From Octopus sinensis (lineage: Eukaryota): 64,000 bases of DNA. Positions 13,259-27,305 of the stretch are shown here, piece after piece; position 1 is the first letter of the stretch, and each line of letters begins with the position of its first letter. Where the stretch lies: contig NC_043010.1 in NCBI RefSeq assembly GCF_006345805.1, positions 7,068,001-7,132,000 of the forward strand, written 5' to 3'. The translations under genes and the position numbers were made by a program. Under the pieces are notes generated by a model, which did not search any database, was not told the origin of the DNA, and saw nothing but the letters and a program-made list of their open reading frames with translations.

Positions 13259-13966
13259 TACTGAGATTAATAATAATATTTTCTTACATTGGTGCAAACA
13301 TATAGGTTCGTTAGGAAGTGGGTACCGTTGATTGAATTAATCTTCTCTGTTGCTGCCTTGAATTTTTATGTGACTGCTTGATCACTTGTAAGAGCAGCTA
13401 AATCACCCTCAGATTTCATTTAATCCTTATAAAAAAAAATGGAAAGCATGCATGGGATTATCTAATAAACAAAAAAGCAGGGTGATCATGGATGGAATGA
13501 TGTTGTTCAAAGGTCTGTTCATTCAGGAATTAACTTGGGTTTAATAACAACAACAACAACAACAGCAACAACATTCTTATGATTTTATGGGCCCTAAAGG
13601 TCAAAAGTTAAAAATCACCCAAAGACAAGATAAAACTAAATAATATAAAACAGAAAAAAAAACGATTGGTCAAAATTACAGTCATATCATCTATTATATC
13701 TTCTGAGCAGAGCAATGAAATGATTATGAGTGGAATCATTCAGTATTTGAGGATTGCTGACTTACAGAGTTATGTCAAACAATTATCAACAAGTCCATTA
13801 TGAAGATCAACCCACTACCTTCCTTTGGCCAGGAAAGGCAGGTACTTTTCCTCCATCGAGTGGCCATGGTGACAGAGGTTGTACAGTTGAAAAGATTGAA
13901 ATGACTGAGGACATATTTTCCTGTCTGAGCAGGCTCCTATCGACTTTTTTAAAATTCCACTCAGAT

Positions 13967-14346
13967 AGGCGCAGGAGTGGCTGTGTGGTAAGTAGCTTGC
14001 TAACCAACCACATGGTTCCGGGTTCAGTCCCACTGCGTGGCATCTTGGGCAAGTGTCTTCTGCTATAGCCTCGGCCCGACCAATGCCTTGTGAGTGGATT
14101 TGGTAGACGGAAACTGAAAGAAGCCCGTCGTATATATGTATATATATATATGTGTGTATATGTTTGTGTGTCTGTATTTGTCCCCTTAGCATTGCTTGAC
14201 AACCGATGCTGTTTGGCAACAGAGACCGATAGAATAAGTACTGGGCTTACAAAGAATAAGTCCCGGGGTCGACTTGCTCGACTAAAGGCGGTGCTTCAGC
14301 ATGGCCGCAGTCAAATGACTGAAGCAAGTAAAAGAGTAAAAGAGTA
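13967..14346 (+). mobile_element. SINE family A (small internal deletion)
   Basis: Similarity to the other copies. Confidence 0.92.
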
Positions 14347-14879
14347 TAGGACGATGGGTGTTGAGAGGGAGGAGCTACCCTCCAGTAAATTTATTGAATG
14401 ATGGGAGAGATTGCCAAGCACGGCCCACATCAATGGATTGACATTCAGCATACACACACATCTTTAAGACAGGGAATACAGATGAGAACGGGCTTTTACA
14501 CATTGGGAATCAGGTTAAATCTGGACCTGTAGGAAGGTTTAAATGATTCTAAGTGGTCGTCCTTCATTTGGGACTTTACCATATTTGTAACTACAGGGTC
14601 ACTCCTAGTTTCATTTGACTTCTATGTAAACCTTTACATTTCTTGTCATCTATAATAGTTGAAGGGATATTATATTATATTATATTATGTTATATTATAT
14701 TCCTTCAACTGTTCTCTTTGTGTCTATATTGAGGTAGTGAATACACAAAACTGTTAGAGTATCAGCCAAAATGTTCTGCACAATTTATTCTAAATCACCA
14801 TATTCTAGATTAAAATCTTATTGAGGAAGATAAAAGAAAGTACTCGCCAAGTACAGGGGGTAATTTAATGATTTCTTAC

Positions 14880-14980
14880 TGTTATCATTATGATTACTAT
14901 TATTATTGTTGTTATTTTTATCACTATTATTATTGTCATCGTCATCGTCATCATCATTATTATTATTATTATTATTATTA

Positions 14981-15035
<55 letters not shown>

Positions 15036-15596
15036 GGTTACGAGCTGGCAGAATCCTTAGCATGCCAGGCAAGTGCTTAACGGCATTTCGTCTGTCTGTA
15101 TGATGTGAGTTCAAAGTCCACTGAGGTCAGCTTTGCCTTTCATCCTTTTGGGGTTGATAAATTAAGTACCAATGATACGCTGGGGTCGATGCAATCAATT
15201 AGTCCCCTCCGGCAAAATTTCAGGCCTTGCACCATTAGTAGAAATGGTTATTATTATTATGGTGGCTAGCTGGCAGAATCATTGGCATAATGGACGAAAT
15301 ACTTAGCGGCATTTCTTCCAGCTTAACATTCAGAGTTCAAATTCTGCCCAGGTCAACTTTGGGGTCAATGAAATAAGTACCAATTAGGCACTAGAATTCA
15401 TGTTATCGACAAGCCCTCTCCCTCAAAATTTCAGGCCTTGTACCAATAGTAGAAAGGATTATTTATTATCATTATTATTATTACTATTATTATTATTATT
15501 ATTATTATGACTATTATTATCATTATTATTATTATTATTATCATTATTATTATTATTATCATTATTATTATTATTATTATATTATTATTATTATTA

Positions 15597-15639
<43 letters not shown>

Positions 15640-15655
15640 TATTATTATTATTATC
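14880..15655. repeat. (TAT)n arrays (14880-15034 and 15460-15655)
   Basis: Direct inspection. Confidence 0.95.
15035..15460 (+). mobile_element. Two tandem SINE family B copies between (TAT)n arrays
   Basis: Heads at about 15035 and 15262, each ending in TATTAT tails. Confidence 0.8.
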
Positions 15656-16156
15656 TAGATGCCAGAAATAGTAGCCTTATGGTAGCACATTTTCATTTTG
15701 CATTCAAATCCTGTTTCTTATATTCTTCAGTGGGAGGAAGGGGGACTGATAATATTAGTACTGGTCATGTGTTAGAGTGTGGAACATTATTATAATCAAA
15801 TATATACCCTCTTTTAAGGCTTGCATCTTTGTGTCTATATTGAAAAATCGTTATAATTATTTTTAAAGCAATCATGTTGATGATGAGAACAGTTCTAATG
15901 ATAGAGATTAAATTACTATAATGATGACAATGATAAGAATGATGATGATGACGACGATGATGACAATAATATTGGTGTTGTTATATAGCCCCAGACAAGT
16001 CTTTTTGACTAGACACATGATCACGGCTATGCCAACTCTCACCATCCCACCTTTGTTTCAGATATTATGCCCTTTCCCTAAGATGATAGAATAATGATAT
16101 GAGGGAAATTTGGCTGCTATTTCTAGCAGGTAAAAAGGCTACATAGATCACGTTTA

Positions 16157-16202
<46 letters not shown>

Positions 16203-16389
16203 GTATTTTTTCTTATTAAACAAAAGGCAATTTTTTTTTTAATAAATTGGATGTCTAATTAAATAAATTGATTGATACCCAATATCTCATTATTGACCCA
16301 ATTAAAAAAAAATTTAGATCAGGACCATCAAATTAGCTACGTTTGTTGTTGCAAATAATTATAACGCTATATATAAAAAAATTTTCCGT

Positions 16390-17470
16390 GTTGTAAATCT
16401 TTACCAAACTATCCTACGTTCGAAACCTTCCAACCGTGACCATCCCGTTTTATTTATTTTTTTTTCGGGCACTGTGTATCTAGAAATTCATAATGCAATG
16501 TCTTTTATTATTTTTTTTTCCCTGTTATAAAGACAATAGCATATTGGACAAGCACCTAGACGGTCCGTCGCTGGCTCGTCTAGACTACGTTAAATAACCA
16601 TACTGTCGGGGAAAATGACCTGAAATATTTTATCAGAGACATGGTATTTATTTGAATTCAACGGAAACACAAATAGTCATCATCGACTTCCTAGAAAAAG
16701 CTCTTTAATTCTATAAGGGAATCGAAAATATTGCAATATTTCAGGTTTTCTGAAGTGATCGAACGGCATCTCTGAACGTCACATGACGAACAAGCCATTC
16801 ATCAAATCCTAAAAGATCATCTGACGACGAAAGAATATTCACGGGACGTAACTCGCGTAAATATTTCCCAGAGTAACTCCCCTTGTCTGTTTATACTTCT
16901 CTTACTTTCACAACATGTTCGAAGCATGTGACTTATTGTCGAAACATGTATGTTTTTACGTTAATCGAAATAGCCAGAACTAGCTTTAATTTGTTTCGCC
17001 TCAGAACCAGCTAGGATTTATTTAGACAGTAAATCTCAAGTTAATTTAATAACAGTTTGTCATGTTAAAGGCCAATCAGCAAGCAATTAAACAGATTCAT
17101 ATATACGCGTATATATGTATGTATGTGGGTGGATTTGTGTGCGTGTGCGTGTGTGTGCGTGTGCGCGCACGCGCGTGTTTGTGATTACAAGAGACAGATC
17201 AGATTATAGTTAGGAACAATAGAAATATATATAACTGCGTTTTTCTAATCTAACTCACGAGGGGGAACAAAAACAAAAAAAAAATGGTTTATGCTGTATG
17301 TAACAATCTATTCTATATAATGAAGGAAATCCGGAATTCCCGGCATCGGGATCGCTCGATTTACGACGGTACTAAAACGGCACTAAACTGGCTGAAAGCG
17401 ATAGAGGCATGTGATGTAGCAGCCCCCATCCCACACACAAAAAAAAAAAATATTCCAGATCGAAAGATCT
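16390..17470. promoter_or_regulatory. CpG-rich island; putative promoter / 5'UTR exons
   Basis: Dense CpG in mostly non-repetitive sequence against a CpG-poor background; minus-strand donors GTGAGT (17258) and GTAAGA (16905). Confidence 0.4.
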
Positions 17471-18339
17471 CAGTATACTTCAAATAATCTAGTTTTCTTA
17501 ACAGCAAAATTAGAGAGAAAGAGAAATATTACTATAAAAGCAGGGAAGGAGATCACAGTTTACTACAGAAATATATGAAATATTCTTAAATATAATTAAT
17601 ATAACACCAGGCGTGTGTTATCAAGTTCTATATGTAATACTCCTCCACACAATTTCTGTAAATTTCTCATTCATTGTCTCTCATCTTTATAAGCAGTATA
17701 CTATAAATGAAATATACAGCCTTTTACTTTTTTTTATACAATTGTGTTATATTATACTTTTTATTTACTATCCGTAGCCATAATATATTAATACTCAGTA
17801 AACAAATTACAGCAATATTTTAACGATGCAATACTTAGTTTTACTTTTTATTAGTCATTTTCCATTTAGGAGCAGTTGTAGTATAGCATTGTTAGATCAC
17901 ACATTAATTTACTGTTCATAATCATTGTAAGATGGGTGGACTAGCAGAGGGGTTAGAATATAAGACAAACTACAGTGTGGCATTTGTTTTGGCATACTAC
18001 ACTGAATTCAAATCTTGCTGAGGCTACCTTTGCTCTCATCTTTATTCCAGGGAGTTAGGGCCTATAGAAAGTACCAATACAGAACAGGGTATTGCCAGAA
18101 GAGTTATAATGTCAAATAGATTCTTTGTGATATCTGTACTAGCTATTTGTGTTCATCATTATGACAATGATGGTACGAAGCAATATTGGTCTTTTATAAA
18201 GATCCTTTTCCTTGGACAATACTAGTGGTGTGAAAAAGGGAGGCTTGCATGCGCAGAAAACTGCAAGTCGGTTACAAAAATCCTTATCTATCTAGCTAGC
18301 TAGCTGTGTCTTTCTCACTCTCTCTCTCTCTTTATTTGT

Positions 18340-18586
18340 CTGTCTGTTCGTCTGTCCATCTGTCTGTCCATCCATCCATCTGCTTTTCTGTTCAACTGCC
18401 TATCTATCTGTCTGTCTGTCTGTCTATCCATCCATCCATTGATCCATCCATCTATGTGTTTGTCTGTTCAACTTTCCATCCATCCACCATCCATCAATTC
18501 ATCCATCCATCCATCTATCTATCTTCCTATCTATATATCTATATCTATCTATCTATATATATCTATATCTATCTATCCATCCAGCC

Positions 18587-18662
<76 letters not shown>
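18340..18662. repeat. (TCTG)/(TCCA)/(TCTA)n compound microsatellite
   Basis: Direct inspection. Confidence 0.95.
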
Positions 18663-18664
<2 letters not shown>

Positions 18665-19136
18665 ACTTATACATTTATAAATTTGTTGTTCTTTAATTTC
18701 TAGTTTATTTCAACCATCATATTAGTGGGGGCTATGCTGGAGCACTGCCTTTTAATAAAACAACCTCAAAGGAATAAACATACTTCAATATAAGCCTCAA
18801 GTGCATTTTGTTTTCTTTGTATAGTCATCAAAGTAAACACACACACACACACACACACATATGCACATGCACATACATACACATAGACATGGATGCACAG
18901 ATACCCTTGCACATATATTGATTATCAATGTCCCTAGTAAGAATTTCAGCCAAACTCTATCAGCCAATGTTTTGAAGTGTGTTTTCAATATACAGTTTAT
19001 GTTATGTGTGTGCATATTGTTTTAACTGCATGCACATATACTATATATACATACATGTACATACATACATGCACACATACAGGCATACATACGTATGTAT
19101 ATACATGTGTACGTACACACATACACATATATAATG

Positions 19137-19168
<32 letters not shown>

Positions 19169-19206
19169 CATACATATATATATTATATATATACATATGT
19201 ATATAT

Positions 19207-19349
19207 TATCATCATCATCATCATCATCGTTTAACATCTGTTCTCCATGCTAGCATGGGTTGGACGGTTCGACCGGGGATCTAGGAAGCCAGAAGGCTGC
19301 ACCAGGCTCCAGTCTTATCTGGCAATGTTTCTACAGCTGAATGCCCTTC

Positions 19350-19350
<1 letters not shown>
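19207..19350 (-). mobile_element. RTE-type 3' end
   Basis: Same tail, reverse orientation. Confidence 0.75.
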
Positions 19351-19590
<240 letters not shown>

Positions 19591-19644
19591 AGTTGTTGAT
19601 GCAACAGGAAAATAGAACTAAAAATATGAGGATATATACCTTTG

Positions 19645-19738
19645 GCAAAAGTTACAGATTGATGCAAGGGCTGGGATTTTCATGCGTTAGTGCCACTGCA
19701 TGAAACTCTTGGCCCTTGAGTCACTTTGTAACTTCTGC
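19645..19738 (+). ncRNA. Candidate pri-miRNA hairpin
   Basis: Ungapped 41-position stem (32 WC, 5 G-U, 4 mismatches) with a 12-nt loop; no repeat match elsewhere in the window. Confidence 0.5.
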
Positions 19739-20033
19739 TAAGTATTGAACCTATATGTTTGTGCATAAATATCTGTAAAACAGTATTGGCCAGACCGTCA
19801 GATATATTGTTATACACCACTGGTCACAATGCACATCCTGCTGGTTAGGTGGGCAGACCAGCATGGGCCCTAAATGAAATATCATTTCAGCACAGGATTA
19901 CTCAGTTTTGGCAGCTGAGTAGTGGACTGGAGCAATGTGAGATGAAGTGTCTTGCTTAAGAACATGACACACCACCAGTCTAAGAATTGAAATCAGGTTC
20001 TTGTGATCATGAATGCAATAACCTAACCACTAG

Positions 20034-20400
20034 GTGTATGTATATATGCATGTATGTATGTATGTATGTATGTATGTATGTATGTATGTATGTATGTATG
20101 TATGTATGTATGTAGGTATGTGTATGTATGTATGTATATATGTATGCATGCATGTATGTATGTATGTATGTATGAATGTGTGTATGTATGTATGTATGTA
20201 TATATGCATGTATGTATGTATGTATGTATGTGTATGTATGTATGCATGTATGTATATATGCATGTATGTATGTATGTATTTACATATGCATGTATGTATG
20301 TATATATGCATGTATGTATATATGCATGTATGTATGCATATATGCATGTATGTATGTATATATGCATGCATGCATGTATGTATACATGTATATATTTACA
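20034..20400. repeat. (TATG)n microsatellite
   Basis: Direct inspection. Confidence 0.95.
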
Positions 20401-21003
20401 TGATACACTTATGTTTCTTTGTATATATATATTGTTCTTGGATTGCATGTGTTTGTAGAGTTTTACTTACATTGTGCCCTTATATAGGTATTTAAAATTA
20501 AATATGATAAAGATAGTATTTCTGTATTTTTTATCATTATTGGTGTTTCTGTTTTTGATTTTTTAATGATAGTTTTATATTTATAGTTGTTTGCTATGAT
20601 AGTTTACTATGATCCATATTGATATTGATATTGACCTAATCCTTGCAACATACACTCATCTATACATTATACACTTAACCATACATTATATAGTAATCCA
20701 CAAATTATACAGTTATCCTTAATCCATACAATGTATATTAATCCGTATAATGTACACTAAACCCTCGAGCATGAATTTAATCATGCAATATACATTAATC
20801 TATACAATATACATTAACACATTAATTGCCACATGTACCACCAGTGGTTTATCACAAACTTCACACAACCACCAGTCACAAGATGGTGTGGTTAATATGT
20901 TAACCTGTATAATATAATCCGTATGATATCCATTAATCCATATGATATACACTAAAATATTCGACATACATCAATCTATACACTATATATAGTGTATAGG
21001 TGT

Positions 21004-21083
21004 GCCCTGTTTAGCTTAATGGTTCAGAGCACCATAACGCGTAATCACGTAGGTGTGAGTTCGAGTCTCATACCTGGCCGCCA
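21004..21083 (+). pseudogene. tRNA-like sequence with encoded CCA (pseudogene or SINE head)
   Basis: A box TAGCTTAATGG, D stem GCTT/GAGC, T arm GTGAG-TTCGAGT-CTCAT, 3' CCA; anticodon arm does not fold. Confidence 0.45.
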
Positions 21084-21093
21084 ACACTTTTAT

Positions 21094-21257
21094 AGGCGCA
21101 GGAGTGGCTGTGTGGTAAGTAGCTTGCTAACCAACCACATGGTTCCGGGTTCAGTCCCACTGCGTGGCATCTTGGGCAAGTGTCTTCTGCTATAGCCCCG
21201 GGCTGACCAATGCCTTGTGAGTGGATTTGGTAGACGGAAACTGAAAGAAGCCTGTCG

Positions 21258-21294
<37 letters not shown>

Positions 21295-21498
21295 TTGTCC
21301 CCCTAGCATTGCTTGACAACCGATGCTGGTGTGTTTATGTCCCCGTTACTTAGCGGTTCAGCAAAAGAGACCGATAGAATAAGTACTGGGCTTACAAAGA
21401 ATAAGTCCCGGGGTCGATTTGCTCGACTAAAGGCGGTTCTCCAGCATGGCCACAGTCACATGACTGAAACAAGTAAAAGAGTAAAAGAGTAAAGAGTA
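21094..21498 (+). mobile_element. SINE family A
   Basis: Full-length copy. Confidence 0.92.
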
Positions 21499-22384
21499 TA
21501 CAGCAATTGATATAATGATTAATGATCCAAACAATATGTACTAATCCAGCCAGCATACACTAATTCCTCTGCAAACAATTTTGTGTGGTTAATATGTTTA
21601 ATGTTTCATCTTAGTCATTGTAATAGCATTTTTGAAGGATTATATGTGTTAGGTATGATTCCTTTATAGGTTGGAGCACTTGAGAATTACAGTTAGAAGA
21701 TTTTGGTAACTCAGAAAACAAGCAGTTGATTGAAAGCAAACTATACTATGAATTAAAGAAAAATCTGGTAGTTGAGAGAACTTTGTAGGTGTCAACAAGT
21801 CAAAAGCAGAGCCTATGTCTGGAATGTCAAATGTTTTCATTCTTGCAGTCACTAAATATGTTGACATGAAGACACAATAGTGTTTAATTCTTTAACATTC
21901 AAATCCCTGTTAAATGTAATGCATATTTATTCATATTATTTTCAATTAATCATACATTATCTTGCACCTCTGATATTTTGATGATGTGATTGTTTAATTT
22001 CAGAATGATATTGTAGGATAGGAACAAGAAGCCAGATCTGGCCAGTTTGAGCATAAAACAGTGAAAAGATTTGTGCCAGATGTGACCAGATTAATTGCTA
22101 AAGGTTATATGAACTTTAGAAGTTGTCTGTATTAGAAAGCGTGGTACTTAAATGAAATTTAATATCAAATCAAAAGGAAATGTATCATTCTAGTTTTGGT
22201 CTCAATACAATTTGTTGGAACTATCCTATCTTAGTATAAACAAAAACTAAATTATGACTAAGATATGATATATATTTTGGCTCTTAAGTTAGTGCAACTA
22301 ATGTCCAAATCTTTTAGATGCTGAAAATACATATATATATATATATATGTGTGTGTGTGTCCCTATGTTTGTTAGGATTTTAAA

Positions 22385-22660
22385 GACAAGCCACAATGTT
22401 TACTAATGCTGAAGCATGGAACAGACTGCCGGCATCAGTTGTTAGTTGTCGGAGCACTGCATCCTTCAAAACTTCCATGCTTCCTGAGATTCACCAACAC
22501 TACACCTGATTTTCTCCCCTCCATACACACGCAAGCATGTATCTGACTCATACACTGTTCGCTTTCCAGACATTTGTACATTACTGCATATGCTTTATAT
22601 GCACTTTTTGACGAGTTGTGGTGCACCTGAGCACTGTATACAATAATTTCATTATATTAT
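22385..22660 (+). mobile_element. CR1-group LINE 3' end
   Basis: AWNRLPASVVSCRSTASFK...* (stop 22507-22509) resembles the CR1 ORF2 C-terminus; short 3'UTR and ATT-type tail. Confidence 0.65.
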
Positions 22661-23480
22661 ATAAATATATAGACAGGTATATATGTTGAAGAGTGTTGCC
22701 CTATTGCATTGATAGTTAGATGAAAAGCTTTGCGATGATAGAAGACTAGGACCATCATGCCTTATATGTTAAGATTCCCAAGTATGACAAACGTTTAATT
22801 GTTATTTATTTCTGTCTCTTTAGTTTGTAAGCATATCCTAATCTCAAACTTTTTTGGTTTCTTTAATAAAATACAGAAAGGAAAAGACAGCAAAATTAAA
22901 AAATACACATGTCTAACTTATTAATTCCTAACTGTCCTAATCCATATCATCTACAACCATATACCCATGTGTGTGTGTGTATCAATGTGTATGTGTGAGT
23001 GTGTGTGTATTTTTCTCTCTCTCAGTCAATCAATCAATGAAGCTTGTCCAACTGTTGTATTTTCAGAGGCATGAAACTTACAGTAGCTCACATTTAAATT
23101 CTGTGTATATTTAATGATATTTATGTCTCGCTGGATGGAGTGAGTTTTGTTGATCCCACCAACAGTACATTATATAGGTGTTTGTGTGTAATTTTATTAC
23201 AATAATCACATGAAGGAAACATGTTGCATAACTGATAGTTTCCTGTAAATCTTCCAGCCCTGTGTCACTAATTCAGTTACTCTAAAATTTGAATGATCCC
23301 TTATTCTATATACATTGAGTACTTATCTACATTTTAGCAATGTAATATGTCCAATCATATATATATATGTATGTGTGTGTGTGTGTGGAAAGAGAGAGAG
23401 ATGTATATACATATAAGTATGCAAGTATGTAGATATGTATATTTTTCCATCATGTAGATTTTGCTTTTATTCTTCTTTAA

Positions 23481-23921
23481 CCCTTTAGAATTCAGCCCCT
23501 TTTGTTACCAACCCAGCTGAAACCGGCTCTGGCTCTGTTGTACAAATGTCTTGTTTTCTTAAGGTTTCAATTAAAATCTTCCACCAAACCTTAGTCACAA
23601 TTTATGTTCCTAATACAAGCTTAATGATAACTAAGTTATTTTACTAAATTCTTTGTTGTATTTAAAGTAATTGAAAGAAACACAGAACATCTCAAATTAA
23701 ATACAGTAACGAAAGGGTTAACCTGTCAAATGTAATCCTTATTAATTCAGATTCTTTTAAAGAAATCAGGCATTATCCTATAGCTTTGATATTTCAATGA
23801 TGTGATTGTTCATTTTTCCAATGACATTGACAACTAGATGTGAGAGGCCGGATCTAACCAGTTTGATCATAAAACAGACAGAATATTTGGGCCAGATATG
23901 GCCAGTTTAAATGCTAAATGG
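23481..23921. mobile_element. TTAA MITE type 2 containing a type 1 MITE (about 23497-23717)
   Basis: Reciprocal nesting relative to the 6.7-kb locus. Confidence 0.8.
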
Positions 23922-24424
23922 TTAATTAAGTGTTGAATGTTTATCATATTCATTTCTGACAAATAACATCAACGCTAAAGCTCAGCATTTTCAATACACC
24001 CAAGCCAAACTCTATTAAACATCAATTTTAGTATCAGGGCATTTTACTCCTCATATTCTTCATACACACACATGTATTACACATAGCGGATCACATGCAT
24101 AAACATGTTTATGTGCACATGTAATCACATCATTCACTTCACATTTCATTTCCCCCCTTTCACTTGTTGGATCATCTTTTTTTTTTTTTTTCTTCTAATA
24201 GATTTTAAAGAAAGACCTCTTTGATTAATAGAAAATTTTAATAAAAATAATCTTCATAAAAATGTACACAAATTTACATTGATAGCATTTGTAATGTGAA
24301 TGTTTTCTCTTAATGAACAGCAATTTACATATATATATATACATACAAAAACTGACAGTTAATGACTTCATTGCTTTGTTTTTTTAAAATTTTTTTTTAG
24401 GTGAATGGGGTGGAGTTATGTGCT

Positions 24425-24501
24425 ATATTGATATATTGTTATATATATATATTATATATTATGTTAATATTATATGTAGATATATATATATATATATATA
24501 T

Positions 24502-24551
<50 letters not shown>

Positions 24552-24552
24552 G

Positions 24553-24596
<44 letters not shown>

Positions 24597-24606
24597 TATA
24601 TATATA

Positions 24607-24674
<68 letters not shown>

Positions 24675-25161
24675 GATATATATAGTATATATATACATAT
24701 ATATATGTATAATTGATATATACATATAATAGATAATCTTATATGATATGATATATATATATATATATATATCTATATATATATATATATATCTATATAT
24801 ATATATAGATATATATATATCCATATGTATTTCACTTGATTCAGAAACTGGCACACATACAACATATCCACACCCATTTCATAAACTAGGTTACTTTTAA
24901 AAACAACCGACTATCCATTTGTACTGATATATGATCTTAGAAGCAATACAAAAGACAGATTTTTCTTTTAAAAATCAAATCAAATGCAAGTTTATACCTT
25001 TCACAGAAAGTCTTTTTTCACATATGGCATAAGAAATCTCTTACTTGTAAAAAAAAAAATTGATATCCTTTTGGAAGAATGTTGCAACTTTCATTTCCAA
25101 TTTAAAAAAAAAAAACTTACATATTTCATCCCAGCTACACACACACACACACATATACATG

Positions 25162-25202
<41 letters not shown>

Positions 25203-25242
25203 TATATATTATATAATATATATATATATATATATACATATA

Positions 25243-25280
<38 letters not shown>

Positions 25281-25402
25281 TATACATACACATATATGTA
25301 GACATATATATCTTTTTATGCGTGTATGTGTGTGTGTTTATGTATGTATATGTACAGAAATGCACACATATATAAGGCATACATGCAAACTTATGCTATA
25401 TG

Positions 25403-25456
<54 letters not shown>

Positions 25457-25535
25457 CTAGATATATATATATGTATAGTATGTACGTATGTATATGTGTG
25501 TGTGTGTTGCGTGTGTGTACACACACATATATAAA
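24425..25535. repeat. (TA)n-rich arrays (24425-24822 and 25140-25535)
   Basis: Direct inspection. Confidence 0.92.
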
Positions 25536-26729
25536 CATCAAGCACATGATATACTCAAACCCATTTTTCACGGAGTTATAAAGTCATGTAATTATGTAAT
25601 TTAAGTTGCAATGTTTCTTCCGAAAAAAAAAAAAAAGTTTAAGATATCACAGAGAAAATCTGCACCTGTTTTTTTTTTCCAAAAAAAAAATTAACAAAAC
25701 AAAACAAAAAAACAACAAAAAACCAGAAAATTTGTCCAATATTTTGTAACTGATCCCCAAACAATAAACTGAAATTGAAGAAGAATGTAACTCTTTGAAG
25801 ACTATTACTTAATGTACACCCATTATTATACCATAACATTTACAAATATAACCAGACACAATATCCTTTTAAGCAAATAGCTCCAACAGAAGATATCACA
25901 AGTGGAGATATTTCCAATTGCATTTTTATCTTTCTGACTGAAGCTATTATCACTGAATTTTAAACAGAGAACTTTGAATATTAAAGGTGCTAAATGTTCA
26001 CCACTGCTATTCTGTAATTAAGAATGTCAAGTCAAGTAAAGAAATATACCTCTTCAGGTAAGCTGAACATTTGCATTATCTTAAAATATTTAATTTTAGA
26101 TATTCCTGAATGTCATTTAATTTTTTTTTTTTCATCAAAATCTTTTTTTTATTTCTATATTTAAATTTCATTTTCTAATATGACATGAGTATATATATCA
26201 AATGATATTTTTGGAAATAGGAAATATGGAATGGCTGTCCTTGCATAAAATCTGCAAGCACAATACTTCACTAACATTCTTTTTTTTTAAAATATCTTAT
26301 ATGAAATTTGATAAAACTATTTAAAGTTCCAAAATGCAGAGGCCCCCATAAACCAAGAAAACAAGGTGTTACTGCAGCCAACATTGTTCTCACCAATAAT
26401 AGAATCACAACACTATATTATCCAAGAAAATTCCACGTAACCCATTATACCAAGGGCCATAATTCAGTAAAGTTGATAGCTGAATCAAGGAAATTTTCAT
26501 TCAAATTTTATTTTCGAGCCTAACATGTTCTTCAACATCTCTAGCTCCCTCTCGCTCTCCCCTCCTTCCTCTCTTTATCTCCTTTTCTTTTTCTTTCTTT
26601 ATATCTCTTTTCCTTTCTCCCTTTCATTCTTTCTTTCTCTGCCTCTCTCATCTTAATTTTTCTCTTTACCGTAAACACATATATCAGTACACATTTGTAT
26701 GCATAAAGATTTACACACATGTTAAGTAT

Positions 26730-26798
26730 TTGTCATTGTATGCATATATATATAAGTATATATATATGTCCGTGTGTGTGTGAGTAAATGTATGTGTG

Positions 26799-26838
<40 letters not shown>

Positions 26839-27280
26839 TATATATATATATGTCTATATATATAATATATAGATAAATAGACAGTTAGATATATATACAT
26901 ATATATGCATATGTACACATACACACATTTATATAAATATATTATATATATATATATTCATACACTACAAATATATATGTATATGTATGTAGTACATATA
27001 TGAATGTACATGTATATATATATATATATATGTGAGTACATATATATATATATACACACACATCCATATATATATACATATGTATGCCTGTATGTGTATA
27101 TATACATATATATACACACACAAACATATATAAATATATATATATATACAAATATATATATATATTATATATACACACCACACACACATATATATGTGTG
27201 TATATATGTATATAATATGCTTAGCATAAATATATATGTGCATAAAAATATATGTATATGTGCATGTATGAATGAAATGT
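26730..27280. repeat. Mixed TA/CA/TG microsatellite
   Basis: Direct inspection. Confidence 0.92.
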
Positions 27281-27305
27281 GACAAAAGTCTGATGAATAT
27301 AGTAC

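Noticed and set aside
16820-16960. CTGACGA-C-GAAA and GAC-TTATT-GTC-GAAACATGTA hammerhead-like fragments
   Set aside because: The first has no stem II and the second has no core; likely chance matches in CpG-rich DNA.
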